This document shows, in pieces, positions 62,960-64,000 of a DNA stretch of 64,000 bases; position 1 is the stretch's first letter, and every line of letters starts with the position of its first letter. Position numbers and translations under genes: made by a program. This DNA is from Mustelus asterias. Its lineage: Eukaryota. The notes under the pieces were generated by a model. It saw only the letters and a list, made by a program, of their open reading frames with translations, ran no database searches and had not been told where the DNA came from. The stretch spans positions 5,394,001 through 5,458,000 of the forward strand of contig NC_135830.1 of assembly GCF_964213995.1 (NCBI RefSeq). Direction: 5' to 3'.

Positions 62960-63525
62960 ATATCAGGTCAGCCTGCTTTGAGTAACCCACCTCCTGACTC
63001 CCCAAACCTGTGCACCACCTACACGACACAAGTCAGGAGAGTAAAAGGGTTCTCTCCACTTGCTTGAGTAAGTGCAGCTCAAACAAAATTCAAGAATCTT
63101 CATACCATTCAGGACAAAGCCGCCGGCTGGACTGGCACAGCATTTGCAAATGCTCAGTCCCTCCACCACAGAGAGCAGCATTATGTACCATCTACAAGTT
63201 TCACTTCCGAAACTCACCGAAACTCCTTACGCAACACCTTCCAACCACACGACACCTACCATCTGGAAGGACAGGGGTAACAATTACCAGGGAATATCAC
63301 CTATAAATTCCCCTCCAAGTCAGTCATATACCTGACTTGGAAATATATCGTCCTTCCTTCACTATCGCTGGATCGAAATCCTAGAAGTCCCTCTGCAACA
63401 GCACAGTGTGGGTACCAGCACCACCGGTTCTGCAGCAATTCAAGAAGGTAGCTCACCACCAGCTCACTAAGGGCAATTAGGTATGGGCAACAAATGCTGA
63501 CTGAGCCAGCAACGCACGTATCCAT
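62960..63525 (+). mobile_element. Old LINE 3' end, probable partner of SINE family B
   Basis: The terminus aagggcaattaggtatgggcaacaaatgctg resembles SINE B tails. Confidence 0.6.
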
Positions 63526-64000
63526 TAAATTAAAACTTAAACGATTAATGTTTATGAATGGATGATAACTTATGAACAAAATTGTGTAACTTTGTGAATG
63601 GATGGCAATTGGTGAAAATAAATACCAACTTTCTGAACATTTATTACCTTCTCTTTCTCTGCCAGAATATAGGTTCCGTTCCACAGGAGACTCATCATTC
63701 AAAAGCATCACACTATCCGAAGACAAGGTCGACAGAAGAGGCGGCAACATCTGCAGCTGTATCTCAATCATAGCATCATGGGAAAGGCCTTTGATAGGAT
63801 GACAATTTTGTTACTCATCTGCTTGAAGACCGGGATTAACCTGAAGCACAGTGTTGTGTTTGTGTCGGAAGATATACGTATCATAACCATACCTTCCTGA
63901 ATCTAAATAAGACATTCGACACTAGCATCAGAGCAGAGACTACAAGATTTGGGGGAACTAGGCTCTCCAACAAAAATTCCTCGGTCTTATTCATGACACA

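Overview
Vertebrate genomic DNA from a cartilaginous fish (shark-type). The window holds one complete, apparently functional, unrearranged IgM heavy-chain cluster on the minus strand: leader 44718, VH, D1, D2, JH, Cmu1-4 with secretory tail, then TM1 and TM2 ending at 27152. Splice phases and RSS spacers are consistent. About 13.5 kb upstream lies a truncated pseudo-VH with a duplicated 5' flank. The first 25 kb is a cluster of five KRAB-less C2H2 zinc-finger units, only one with an intact ORF, plus two related CpG-rich promoters. The rest is dense with retroelements: CR1-type LINEs (one with an intact APE-RT ORF2 and part of an esterase ORF1), L2, RTE and Rex1 relics, tRNA-headed SINEs and short Penelope-like tails. 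The strongest unannotated signals are: (1) minimal hammerhead-ribozyme motifs with co-varying stems in the Penelope-like tails, one in sense orientation in the IgM Cmu4-TM1 intron; (2) a U_UUA_AAC -1 slippery site directly before the CR1 ORF1 stop, leading into an ORF2 with no AUG before the endonuclease; (3) a TSD-bounded insertion carrying an inverted copy of neighbouring DNA; (4) a G-rich switch-like array in the JH-Cmu1 intron; (5) the orphan pseudo-VH. Ig exon and RSS coordinates were read base by base. Repeat boundaries are approximate and family names come from motif recognition, not database searches.
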